Assembly: GCF_006345805.1 (NCBI RefSeq)
Contig: NC_043006.1
Coordinates: 70,556,001 to 70,620,000 of the forward strand
Length of the DNA stretch: 64,000 bases
Reading direction: 5' to 3'
Source of the DNA: Octopus sinensis
Lineage: Eukaryota
Made by a program: the position numbers and the translations under genes. This document shows, piece by piece, positions 1 to 12,305 of the stretch. Positions within the stretch are counted from its first letter, which is position 1. Every line of letters starts with the position of its first letter. The notes under the pieces were generated by a model. The model was not told where the DNA came from and did no database searches. It was given only the letters and a program-made list of their open reading frames with translations.

Positions 1-265
1 TATTGAAGAATTTAATGAAATTTCATAGAATTTATTAAGCTCAAGTTTAGAATTAAATTAGCATTAAATTTTGATGCAAGGTTTAATTTAAATCACTTAA
101 AAACAGGAAGTCTATAATCCAAGAACCAGGGTGGTCTCAAGCAGTTTCGTATCAAAAGGGTCAATGAACAGAACTACATACTCCTTGAATACATACATAA
201 CTACATACTCCTGAATGATAATGTAAACGGTTGAATATTCCAGACCAAGAATCAATGTCCATCTA

Positions 266-639
266 CAGGGTGATTCAAAAGTCACCATACATAGGAACAA
301 TTTATCTTTTTATAAGAAATACTTTATAAGAACAGTTTCTTTTTTTATTTAACAGGCTCTATATGGTTACCATTGTTTTGAATACACATTGCAATACGTT
401 TACCCAACTCATTGTGAACTCGTAATAGCACATCTGGTGATACTCATGCAAATGAGTTGGTGATGCGTTCCTTCAAATGATTTATGTCTTTTATGTTTCC
501 TCAATACACCATGCCTTTCAAATGACCCCAAAGATAGAAATCAAGAGGGGCCAGATCAGGGGATCTTGGGGATCTTATAAACTGTTTCTTATAAAAAAAA
601 TTAATTTTTCCTATGTATGGAGACTTTTAAATCACCCTG
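266..639 (-). mobile_element. Internally deleted IS630/Tc1/mariner element (MITE-sized) retaining a C-terminal transposase remnant
   Basis: TA flanks; TIRs CAGGGTGATTCAAAAGTCACCATACATAGGA and its near reverse complement; minus strand reads PRSPDLAPLDFYLWGHLKGMVY*. Confidence 0.85.
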
Positions 640-699
640 TATTATATAGTGTGAACATGCTGACATACTATATAGTGTGAACATACAGTATAACTGGTA

Positions 700-1010
700 T
701 GCCGTTGGTTATGACGATGAGGGTTCCAGTTGATCCAGTCAATGGACAGCGTGCTTATGAAATTAACATGCATGTGGTTGAGCACTTCACGGACATGTGT
801 ACCCTTAAAGTAGTTCTCGGGGTGATTCAGTGTGTGACAAAGCTAGTCCTTTGAAATACAGGTACTACTCATTTTTGCCAACTGGGTGGACTAAAGCAAC
901 ATGAAATAAAGTGTCTTGCTCAAGGACACAATGTGTCACTGGGAATTGAACTCATGACCTTGTGATTGTGAGCCAAACACCCTAACCACTAAGCCACGTG
1001 CCTTCACTTG
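700..1010 (-). mobile_element. tRNA-derived SINE, family D
   Basis: Minus-strand head GTGAAGGCACGTGGCTTAGTGG...GAGTTCAATTCC (Pol III A and B boxes); body shared with copies at 26398, 48605, 55630, 61362. Confidence 0.8.
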
Positions 1011-1165
1011 AAAATGTATAAACATTCAAACATCATAACTATCTTTCTAAATCCTTCTGCATTTCACATGAAATTTTTGGTCCTCCAAAGCTGTCTTTCT
1101 ATGTAAATCTACCTCTCTTTCTGGCCATAAATCATGGTCTGAAAAATTCAACTTTATATACCTGT

Positions 1166-1486
1166 TGTAAAGTGGGTTCCTCCCACTGGTGTGATGTGTA
1201 ATTGCCATTGTACTGTAGTTGCTGTTTCACGCTAGTAGCCACAATAGTTTCTAGTCATTGAATACTGTTGTATCTCTTTGTACCGGAATAGTAATACACT
1301 AACTTCTGTCTTACTATCACTGAGAGTTCCACTAAACACCGACTAGAACAGTCGATTCTCAACTCTTCGACTCTCGACACTCTCTTGACTGTCGGCTAAT
1401 GGTCTATTTATAATGGCTGAGCCCTACCACTTTTTACCGGGTGGGGGATACTGTTTCACTATACAACAATACTATACAATATGGCA
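1166..1486 (-). mobile_element. Possible solo LTR
   Basis: TG...CA termini, flanks CCTGT/CTTGT (5 bp, 1 mismatch), TATAAATA on the minus strand, single copy in the window. Confidence 0.35.
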
Positions 1487-1740
1487 CTTGTAATATAATT
1501 CTCAGGTAGAAACTGTGATGTATTTTGCAAGTAGGTGAGTATTCTGCTGTATACATGTACACTTAATGTACAGAATCACTGTCACTTTGTGTGTAAATGA
1601 CTGTGTAGTAAGAAGTTTGCACCACACTCACATGGTTCTAGGTTCAGTTGCACTGTGTGGCACCTTGAGTGTCTACTCTTCTAGCCCCAGGCTTGGGTGT
1701 GGATTTGGTAGATGGAAAATGAAAGCAGCCTATCATGTAG

Positions 1741-1905
1741 GCACAGGCTTGGCTGTGTGCTAAGAGGCTTGCTTACCAACCACATGGTTCCAGGTTCAGT
1801 CCCACTCTGTGGCACCTTGGGCAAGTGTCTTCTTCTACTATAGCCTCGGGCCGACCAAAGCTTTGTGAGTGGATTTGGTAGACAGAAACTGAAAGAAGCC
1901 CATAG

Positions 1906-1946
<41 letters not shown>

Positions 1947-2112
1947 CAACTGATTTTGGTGTGTTTATGTCCCCTTAACTTAGTGGTTCGGCAAAATAAT
2001 CCAATTGAATAAGTACTAGGCTTACAAAGAATAAGTCCTGGGGATGATTTGTTTGCCTAAAGGCGGTGCTTCAGCATGGCCACAGTCAGATGACTGAAAC
2101 AAGTAAAAGAAT
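1741..2112 (+). mobile_element. tRNA-derived SINE, family A (partial copies adjoin at ~1600-1735 and ~2190-2410)
   Basis: Head with GGTTCAGTCCC B-box, internal (TG)n, tail GTCAGATGACTGAAACAAGTAAAAG. Confidence 0.85.
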
Positions 2113-2124
2113 AAAATAAAAAGA

Positions 2125-2183
<59 letters not shown>

Positions 2184-2796
2184 TATCTATGTGTGTCTTT
2201 GTTTATATGTGTGTCCCCCCACCATCACTTGACAACCAGTGTTGATGTGTTTACGTCCCCACAACTTAGTGGTTCGGCAAAAGAGACCATTAGAATAACT
2301 ACAAGGCTGAAAAAAAAATAATGACTGGAATTGATTTTTTTGAGTAAAATTCTTCAAGGCAGTGCTCCAGCATGACCACAATCTAATGAATAAAACAAGT
2401 AAAAGATAAAAGAAATACATTCCACAGGAATCTGTTCTCATATTGTAATCCTCAGATGGAGTAAGTTATTTAGAAGAGAAGTACAATACTTTTGGTCCTT
2501 TACAGAGCCTCTCAGACAAGGATGTCCTCAAACTGAAGACCTTGGCTAAACCCAAATGCTTATTAAAGGGTAGACATGCTAAAAGTATTCAAGTAGACTG
2601 CGGCAGGATTTGAACTCAGAACACAGATACCACAAAGCAGTCTTTATTTTTTAATTTTCTATTTTCTGTTCATTTCTTGTTTCAATCATTGGACAGTGGC
2701 AATGCTGGGGCACAAAAGTTTTAGTTGAATATATAAGTAAACCAACACCTGTTGTCCAGAGGTGGCAATAGGGTCTAACAAACACACACATATATT

Positions 2797-2863
2797 GCTT
2801 TGGTCCAATGGCAGGGCACCTGTTTTGTCTACAGGAGATGTGGGTTCAAATCCCATGAACTGC
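2797..2863 (+). pseudogene. tRNA-like pseudogene (TGT at the anticodon position; acceptor stem 5' strand damaged)
   Basis: D-stem GTCC/GGGC, anticodon stem CCTGT/ACAGG with 7-nt loop, T-arm GTGGG-TTCAAAT-CCCAT, followed by TTTT. Confidence 0.5.
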
Positions 2864-3880
2864 TTTTGAATTTTTGTGTCTAGAGGGGTTTTAACTCACA
2901 GCTATTTCTAGCTTTATATGCTTGAGATTCACTGATACAAAACGGAATTATATTACATCATCAGCCACTAATGTCCACTTTATTATGACCACATGGACGA
3001 GACAGAGATTTATTTGAGGCAGACTGTGGTCTATGGCCCGATGACCTTCCTCTTGCCAACCTTCACCTGTTTCCAAGCGAAGAAATATTTCCCCCATGGC
3101 CAGACATTTTCCTGCAGATTATTTGAAAATAACAACACTGCTTGTATGACAATGACACTCATTTACAACTATCATGCAATGTCAAAATAAGGACACACAC
3201 ACACACACACACAAACACACACATACACACATATGCACTAAGCACATGAAACTCATACATACAGTAAATAGACAACTTACACATATATACATAGAAACAC
3301 ATTCTACACATATATTGTACACACACACAATGTGATTTTCACACACACACATACACATGCTTTTCACACACACACGTGTTTTTCACACACATACACACAT
3401 ATTACATGTCATTACACTTGTATATATCATCGTCGTCGTCGTCATCGTATTCGCTAGCTTCATCATAGCCTTCCATCATCATAGTCTATCGTCATCATCA
3501 CCACCATCACAATTCTTATCACATATTTCACTTCAACTCCCCCTCTTCTTATTCTTCCCAGCATTTACATCACACTCCCCCCCTCTCTTATTATACATGT
3601 CTCTCCCCTTCTACTCATACCTCACCTGTGTCCGACACAGTAGGTCCACTACTACCTGTGGTGGTGGTGATGGTGGTGGGGGCGTAGATAGTTGTTGCAG
3701 TGGTTGTGGTGGTAGTAATAGCTGAGGTGGTGTGGTAGTTGTGGTGGTGGTGGTGGTGGTGGTGGTGGTGGCTGTTGTCAATGTAGTAATATTTGTGTGT
3801 GTGTATGTGTGTGTGGTGAGAATAGTAGCATTTGCAGTACTAGCACCAATAGTGACGGTCATGATGACACTGGTACATGT

Positions 3881-3925
<45 letters not shown>

Positions 3926-3929
3926 TATG

Positions 3930-4322
3930 GCAGGAATGTGTGGTAAGAAGTTTGCCTCCCAACCACATGGTTCTGGGTTCAGTCCCACTGCATGACACCT
4001 TGGGCAAGTGTCTTCTTCTACAGCCCTGGGCTGACCAAAGTCTTGTAAGTGGATCTGGTAGACGGAAACTGAAAGAAAACCCTTTGTATGCATTTATGTG
4101 TATATGTTTATGTGTGCATGTGTCTGTATTTGTCCCCCTCCATCACTTAACAACCAATGGCAGTGTGTTTCTGTCCCTATAAATTAGTGGTTCAGCAAAA
4201 GAGACCAATAGAATAAGTACTAGGCTTACAAATAATAAATCCTGGGGCAATTTCTTCAATTAAAAACCCTTTTAAGATGGTGCTCCAGCATGGCTGCAGT
4301 CAAATGACTGAAACAAGTAAAG
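3930..4322 (+). mobile_element. SINE family A
   Basis: Full head-to-tail match to the other family A copies. Confidence 0.85.
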
Positions 4323-4356
4323 GAATACACACACACACACACACACACGCACACAT

Positions 4357-4762
4357 TCTTTTATCTTCTTGTTTCAGTCATTTGACTGTTGTCATGCTGG
4401 AGCACTGCTTTTTAGTCGAAGAAATTGACCCTAAGATTTATTCTTTGTAAGCCTAGTACTTATTCTATCAGACTCTTTTGCCGAACCACTAAGTTATGCG
4501 GACATAAACATACCAACATCAGTTTTCAAGCAATGGTGGGGAACAAACACAACACAAAGACACATATACAAATATATACATGTATATATACATATACAAA
4601 TATATATATATATATATACGGCAGGTTTCTTTCAGTTTCCATCTTCCAAATCCACTCACAAGGCTTTGGTCAACCCGAGGCTATAGTAGAAGACACTTGC
4701 CCAAGAAGCCATGCAGTGGGACTGAACCCAGAACCATGTGGTTGGGAAGCAAACCACACAGC
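4357..4762 (-). mobile_element. SINE family A
   Basis: Reverse-complement match; tail-to-tail with the preceding copy. Confidence 0.85.
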
Positions 4763-4961
4763 CATATCTTAGCTGTAGGGGTATGGTGGACCCCTGAAGA
4801 TAACCAAAGGAGAGAATTTGTGACCCAAACATTTTCAGTTATGAAAACAAAAAAACTAGGAAGGACAGTCTTGAGGACAAATTTGAGATGATTACAATGG
4901 ATTTCACTGCTTGAATTAAATATAAATTGTTTCAGTCTTTGGAATAAAGCCATGCTGGAGC

Positions 4962-5235
4962 ATCCATTGACCTCAAAAGTTTTAGTTGAGCAAATCAACT
5001 CCAGTACATACTTTCTAAGTCTAGTAAATATTCTGTTGGTCTTTTTTGTTGAACTGCTAAGTTTGGGGAATGTAAACAAACCAGGACCAGCTGTCAATCA
5101 GTAGGGATTTCTTTCAGTTTTCGGTCTACCAAATCTACTCCCAAGGTTGAGGGTTGTTGTAGAAGACACTTGCTCGTGGGACTGAACCGAAACCCATGTG
5201 GTTGGGAAGCAAACTTCTTCATCACACTGCCATGC
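4962..5235 (-). mobile_element. SINE family A, internally deleted
   Basis: Reverse-complement match to head and tail. Confidence 0.75.
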
Positions 5236-5258
5236 CTGTGTCTCTCTCTACACACACA

Positions 5259-5341
<83 letters not shown>

Positions 5342-5792
5342 GGAATTATACAATCAGCACATCATTGGCTTACAGCTGTTTCTGCTATTAGATGCAGTGC
5401 ACTCAGAGCCAAGTGCTTGTGCATCACCTTGAAGCTTGTGAGTGGTCTGATTCATGTCAGCACAAAAGAAAAAATGTAAAAATGATGATGATGAGGATAG
5501 ATTGTACCTATATTCTACCTGAGGATTACATTAATGATACATGTGTCTGTGGAATACTCAGCCACATACATGTTAATTCAGATTATGCATAATTTGATTG
5601 ATTGATCAACTGAATCTTTATTATTGAAACTAACATGAATTCATTTACTTAGTTTAATTCACATATAATATATAGCTTGTATATAATATTGTTGCTTACA
5701 TAATATACAGTTGTATTATATATCTTCAATAAAACATAGTTGTACATATATCTTGCATAAAACATAATATAATATATACCTTGCATGTAATA

Positions 5793-5842
<50 letters not shown>

Positions 5843-6699
5843 TACAGAATTGAATATTGAGAAAAAAGTCTTCAGAATTTTTGAAAAAAATCCTTTAATT
5901 TCTTCATTATTATTAGCACTTTTGTTCCTCTCTAGAACTTGCTAAATATATGATATATATCATATATATCTTGTAAATAATATTGTATATAGTTTTAAGA
6001 TGCTCTGGGACATGTCGTCAGTGATGTTTCTTGGGTTTCAGTAGGTTTAGAGTCTTTCACCATCAGACACCTTTGCCCAGTTGACCAAGCCAGGGGTTGA
6101 CCAAGTCCCAGTTGGCTTCTATTTATATCTTGCATATAATGTGGTATAATGTGTACACACACACACATACACACACATTGTATAAAATATATCTCGTAAT
6201 ATATCATATATTTTGAATCTAGAATACATGTAGTACATATATATATATATATATATATAGTACGTCTGATATATAATCTAATGTGTAGTTGTAATAATAA
6301 TAATAATGATAATTTTCTTATTACCTTCAAAGTTTGATAAAAAAAAACATTGAGACAATTCCTATTTCACTGCTACATTAATTTATCGATCTTGCTAATT
6401 TAAAAGTAAAACACAAAATTAATTTATATGAAGTAGCTTTGAAGTAGGTTGATCTCTAAAATACCTGTCCCTGTGTTGTCTGTCTTGGAAATCATTTTTC
6501 ATATGGCTTCATTAGAATCAGTTGAGCATATTTTATTGCGTCTGTTCTCTATTCGATGTTCATATCCTGTCAAGGTCAATAAAATACAGCCACCGCTCAG
6601 GTAGTGAGTTAGATACGTAATCATCTAACCCCGCCCTCCAAATGTAGGGCCTTATGCTTGACTGAGAAATTATAGTTGTTGTTGTTACATTGGATAGTA

Positions 6700-6850
6700 A
6701 CAGTAATAATAATAATGATGATGATGATGATGATGTAATAATAATGATGATGATGATGATGATGTAATAATAATGATGATGATGATGTAATAATGATGAT
6801 GATGATGATGATGATGTAATAATAATAATGATGATGACGATGATGATATA
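6700..6850. repeat. Compound (GAT)n/(AAT)n microsatellite
   Basis: Direct inspection. Confidence 0.95.
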
Positions 6851-7769
6851 TGTATAATCAGCACCGTTAGCTCACCTGAATGTTTGGACTAGTGCGGTGT
6901 TGATTGCATCCTGTGCAGACATTTGCTGCGAGATAACCGGACTATGATGTGGGTGGTAGCGTTATCCTAGGGGGAGGAGAGAGTTACGAGATATTACATT
7001 TTATCAAGTTTATCTCACTACACACAGCATTAACCATTGGAGATAACGTAATGCTGTATCTAAGTGCATGGCTTTCAAAATGTTTTTCTTTGTGTGTATG
7101 TATACTTAGCAATGTGTATGTGTGTTTGTTTGAGTGATTGAGTGTGTGTGTGTGTGTGTTTATATTTGTGTTGTGTGTATGTTTATATTTACATGGTGTG
7201 TGTGTGTGTATTTATATTTGTTGTGTATGTATAAATATTTACCTTTGTGTTTATGTATTTATGTATATATTTATATTTACTTGTCTGTATGTGTTTATGT
7301 GTGCGTGTGTATGTATTTCTGTATATATTCATGTTGGTATATATATATATATCTGTGTGTGTACATACATATACATATATATATATATGTATATATATAT
7401 ATACAGAGAGTGAGTGAGAGAGAGAGAGAGAGTGAGTGACAAAGAGAGAGATATCTTCCCTCATTTTTTTTCTTCTTCCTTTTGTTGTCTCTGGAAGAAA
7501 CCAGTTGTGCTCATACCTGGAGAGTGGGTTTACATGCCCGAAACACCACATGTGTTGCAATGCTCCCTACCACCCTACCCCATCCCACCCATGATTCCAT
7601 CAGGAGTTCAGAATACGAAGCAAGAAATGCATATGTAAATGTATACAGACAGACAAGCTGCAGGCATGTCTGTAAGGTTAAGAAGCTTCCTTCCCAACAA
7701 CGTTTGGGTTTAGTTCTACGGTGTGGAATGCACCTTAGGCAAGTGTCTTCTACTATAGCTTGAGGCCAA

Positions 7770-8205
7770 CCATTCGAGTGTGCTCATACCCAGCGTTGCT
7801 TTACTGGCACTTGTGCCTGTGCTAGTAGGGTGCTAAGAGCACCATCCGAACGTGATCGTTGCCAGAGTGGCTAACCGGCTTCCATGCCAGTGGCACATAA
7901 AAGGCACCATTCGAGCGTGAGCGTTACCAGCATCGCCTTACTGGCACCTGTGCCGGTGGCATGTGTAAAAACATTTGAGCGAGGTCATTGCCAGTACCAC
8001 CTGACTGGCCCCGTGCTGGTGGCACGTAAAAAGCACCCACTACACTCTCGGAGTGGTTGGCGTTAGGAAGGGCATCCAGCTGTAGAAACTCTGCCAGATC
8101 AAGATTGGAGCGTGGTGCAGCCATCTGGTTCGCCAGCCCTCAGTCAAAATCGTCCAACTCATGCTAGCATGGAAAGCGGATGTTAAACGATGATGATGAT
8201 GATGA
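7770..8205 (+). mobile_element. 3' end of an RTE-clade LINE (family C) with internal tandem units and (GAT)n tail
   Basis: ...GGAAAGCGGATGTTAAACGATGATGAT tail; the same sequence follows an RTE ORF2 C-terminus at 45762-46190. Confidence 0.75.
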
Positions 8206-8758
8206 TACATACACACACACACATATATGGTAAATAAAAGATGGAAGATGGAATGTACAAGAATTTATTATTAATCTTGACACTTGTTTTGACACATCTA
8301 GCATTGATCCTCATGGGTGGGACACTCAACAACTGGTTCAGGAGTGTCCAGTGTGGAAGCAATGTGAAATAAAGTGTTTTGCTCAAGAAAACAACACGCC
8401 GCCCAGTCATGGAATTGAACCCATGCTCAAGCGATCATGGAGTGCAAGAGCCTAACTACTAGATCATGTGCTTTCACATATGTGTGCGTGTGTGTGTGAA
8501 TTTGGAGGGATATATTATCTAGATGGATACTATGGTGGCTCTCAGTTAAGCTCTAGGTTATGGCTAACTACATCAATCAATATTTAACGTCTGTGACTAC
8601 TATTAGTTGTCAGTTACTCTGTAAATTCCTCGATGGTAATTCCACCTTTGCTTCACTTGATGGTAATATTGTCTGGGGTATATATTAGCAATAATTATAA
8701 CAATATAGAACATGGAGATGTGCAAGTCTCTATGTTCTATACCATTATTGTTATTACT

Positions 8759-8807
<49 letters not shown>

Positions 8808-8816
8808 GTATATATA

Positions 8817-10076
8817 TTGGGTCATCCCATAAATAATGTGGTTTTTTATACTTATTTTATTTTTCAAAACTAAGATAAGCAAAGTTCTTTTTTAATCTAA
8901 AATATACTCTCTTTCATTTTCTACAATGCTCTTCCATCTATCTGGTAGACTTGCAAGGTCCCTCTTTCAAGATTCACTTGTCCATGATAAAAAATACTCC
9001 TCCAGTACTGATTTGACCTCACCTACAGAATTCATATTTTTCCATACAAATGATTTTGAAGACTGTGGAATAAATGATAATCAGATGGGGCAATGTCTAG
9101 CGAATATGATGGTTGGGGCATCGTTTCCCATTCGAACTGCTCCGGCCTTTGGAATGTAATCTCACTATATGTGGCTGAGCAATTATCCTGATGGTGAAAC
9201 CCCGTTTTTCTTCAAACCAAAGAAGGTTGTTTTTCTTCTAGCACTCACTTAAGCTGCTCAAACTGCTTCAGTAGATCTCCTTGTTATCATTTGGTTTGGG
9301 TTTAAAAGATCAAATTGGACTAAATCTTTCATATCCCACTAAACAGATAACAACACCTTCTTTAACCAGAGTTGTTGGTATTTCTCTTTTCCCTATTTAC
9401 TGTCTTCTGCGCTTGACATTTTTATAGAGAATCCATTTCTCATCACCAGTCACTATTCGGTCCAAAAAAGGTTCATTTGTGAGGTGTGACAACAAAGAAG
9501 AGCACACATTCACTTTCTGTGCACAATTAGACTTGAAATGTTTGTGAGGAACCCAGTGACCCAATTTGCTGCCTTTTCTGATGGCACAAGGTGTCGATGA
9601 ATGGTTGAATGACCAAATCCAAGCTTCTCTACTAGTTCCTCAAGTTATGATGAGATTTTGTTCCACCAGGTTTTTCAGGATATCCTCATTGAGCTCTATA
9701 GATCTTCCAGGATGAGGCTCATCTTTTAGGCTGTAGTTTCTAGCTCGAGATTTCTGGAACCACCATTGACTCTGGCTTATGCTTATTGTCCGATCCCCAT
9801 ATACTGCATTAATATTCCTTGTACTTTCCGTTGCATTGTTGCCTTTATTGAACTTACAAAGCAAAATATACCAAATGTGTTCCTTTGTCTCTTCCATTAT
9901 AGTTTTGAAAATTAACTGTTAAAATCGAACTGCACTCTTCAAAACTTGTACTAAGAATAAGGTAAAATTACTACCTGCTTTTATAGAAAGTTGATGCAGG
10001 TAGTTTATCCCAGCCACCTCAGACTTTTACTGCATGCAACTGAAAAAAAAAATGCATTATTTATGGGATGACCCAA
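8817..10076 (-). mobile_element. Decayed mariner (DD34D) transposon, copy 1
   Basis: TIR TTGGGTCATCCCATAAATAATG at both ends, TA flanks, minus-strand ORF MEETKEHIWYILL..., multiple stops and frameshifts. Confidence 0.95.
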
Positions 10077-10141
10077 TATATATAAGAAATAATAATAATA
10101 TAGAATATGGAGACTTGCTCATCTCCATGTTCTATAGTGTG

Positions 10142-10207
<66 letters not shown>

Positions 10208-10216
10208 GTATATATA

Positions 10217-11482
10217 TTGGGTCATCCCATAAATAATGTGGTTTTTTATACTTATTTTATTTTTCAAAACTAAGATAAGCAAAGTTCTTTTTTAATCTAA
10301 AATATACTCTCTTTCATTTTCTACAATGCTCTTCCATCTATCTGGTAGACTTGCAAGGTCCCTCTTTCAAGATTCACTTGTCCATGATAAAAAATACTCC
10401 TCCAGTACTGATTTGACCTCACCTACAGAATTCATATTTTTCCATACAAATGATTTTGAAGACTGTGGAATAAATGATAATCAGATGGGGCAATGTCTAG
10501 CGAATATGATGGTTGGGGCATCGTTTCCCATTCGAACTGCTCCGGCCTTTGGAATGTAATCCTCACTATATGTGGCTGAGCAATTATCCTGATGGTGAAA
10601 CCCCGTTTTTCTTCAAACCAAAGAAGGTTGTTTTTCTTCTAGCACTCACTTAAGCTGCTCAAACTGCTTCAGTAGATCTCCTTTGTTATCATTTGGTTTG
10701 GGTTTAAAAGATCAAATTGGACTAAATCTTTCATATCCCACTAAACAGATAACAACACCTTCTTTAACCAGAGTTGTTGGTATTTCTCTTTTCCCTATTT
10801 ACTGTCTTCTGCGCTTGACATTTTTATAGAGAATCCATTTCTCATCACCAGTCACTATTCGGTCCAAAAAAGGTTCATTTGTGAGGTGTGACAACAAAGA
10901 AGAGCACACATTCACTTTCTGTGCACAATTAGACTTGAAATGTTTGTGAGGAACCCAGTGACCCAATTTGCTGCCTTTTCTGATGGCACACAGGTGTCGA
11001 TGAATGGTTGAATGACCAAATCCAAGCTTCTCTACTAGTTCCTCAACAGTTATGATGAGATTTTGTTCCACCAGGTTTTTCAGGATATCCTCATTGAGCT
11101 CTATAGATCTTCCAGGATGAGGCTCATCTTTTAGGCTGTAGTTTCTAGCTCGAGATTTCTGGAACCACCATTGACTCTGGCTTATGCTTATTGTCCGATC
11201 CCCATATACTGCATTAATATTCCTTGTACTTTCCGTTGCATTGTTGCCTTTATTGAACTTACAAAGCAAAATATACCAAATGTGTTCCTTTGTCTCTTCC
11301 ATTATAGTTTTGAAAAATTAACTGTTAAAATCGAACTGCACTCTTCAAAACTTGTACTAAGAATAAGGTAAAATTACTACCTGCTTTTATAGAAAGTTGA
11401 TGCAGGTAGTTTATCCCAGCCACCTCAGACTTTTACTTCATGCAACTGAAAAAAAAAATGCATTATTTATGGGATGACCCAA
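10217..11482 (-). mobile_element. Decayed mariner (DD34D) transposon, copy 2
   Basis: Same TIRs; ORF 10799-11302 with WVPH and TGDEKW motifs; downstream HQDN...YSLDIAPSD with 34-residue D-D spacing after correcting one frameshift. Confidence 0.95.
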
Positions 11483-11552
11483 TATATATAAGAAATAATA
11501 ATAATAATATAGAATATGGAGACTTGCTCATCTCCATGTTCTATAGTGTGAT

Positions 11553-11600
<48 letters not shown>

Positions 11601-11867
11601 TTAAATAATAATGGTGAAAAATTGAATATTAATTTGATTAAAACACAGTTTAAAACCAGTGGCCTAGCATATTGAAAAAAACCTGAAGATTCAGAAAAAT
11701 TATATTACAAACATATAGGAGGGATGACCACTAAGTGGACATCCAATATGCTAGATGTAGACCCCATATGGTCTGACCACTAAGAAAAGATTGCTCTCAG
11801 GAAAATTTAGCAAACGCCAGAACGTAAGCGAGCAAGACAGATGAAAAGATACAAAATATAAAGATTA

Positions 11868-11938
11868 GTCACATACCCGGTTTCATTGTTACCACTTACG
11901 TAATACAGACGTAAATGTCCACAATTCATCAGTGTGAC
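11868..11938 (-). ncRNA. Type I hammerhead ribozyme, complete core
   Basis: Minus strand: GTCACA CTGATGA ATTGT gga CATTTACGT ctgtatt ACGTAAGTG gta ACAAT GAA ACCGGGT A^ TGTGAC; 6-bp stem I, extended stem II, GUA cleavage triplet. Confidence 0.85.
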
Positions 11939-12234
11939 CGTCATAACAAAATATAATTTGCAGAACTATACACGAGACATTCACATGAGAATGTATATGC
12001 ATATAGTTCTACCATTACATTTGGGGTTATATTTCAAAAGTCTTTCCTTTGGTGCGCCAAAATACCGGAAATAATTCTCCAGAAAATAATTTTCTGCAAT
12101 GAATTTTGCCGGTTAGAGAACATGACACCAAATAGAGAAATATAATCCCAAATGTAATTGGTAGAACTATATGCATGTTCAATCTCATGTGGACGTCTTG
12201 TGTATAATTCTGCAAATTATATTTTTCTATGACA

Positions 12235-12305
12235 GTCACACTGATGAATTGTGGACATTTGCGTATGTATTACATACATGGTAACAATGAAACCGGGTAT
12301 GTGAC
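12235..12305 (+). ncRNA. Type I hammerhead ribozyme, complete core
   Basis: GTCACA CTGATGA ATTGT ... ACAAT GAA ACCGGGT A^ TGTGAC; predicted cleavage 3' of 12299. Confidence 0.85.

Noticed and set aside
3182-4182. Many ORFs rich in HT, VC, YI or poly-V/T/D runs, here and throughout the ORF track
   Set aside because: They are translations of (CA)n, (TA)n, (GGT)n and (GAT)n microsatellites and SINE bodies, not genes.
6011-6030. GAAAC...CTGACGA on the minus strand as a type II hammerhead
   Set aside because: Only 4 nt separate the boxes, leaving no room for stem III, the cleavage site and stem I.
6465-6566. In-frame TGA as selenocysteine or an edited stop
   Set aside because: No SECIS identified, no recognisable protein, and the exon itself is speculative.
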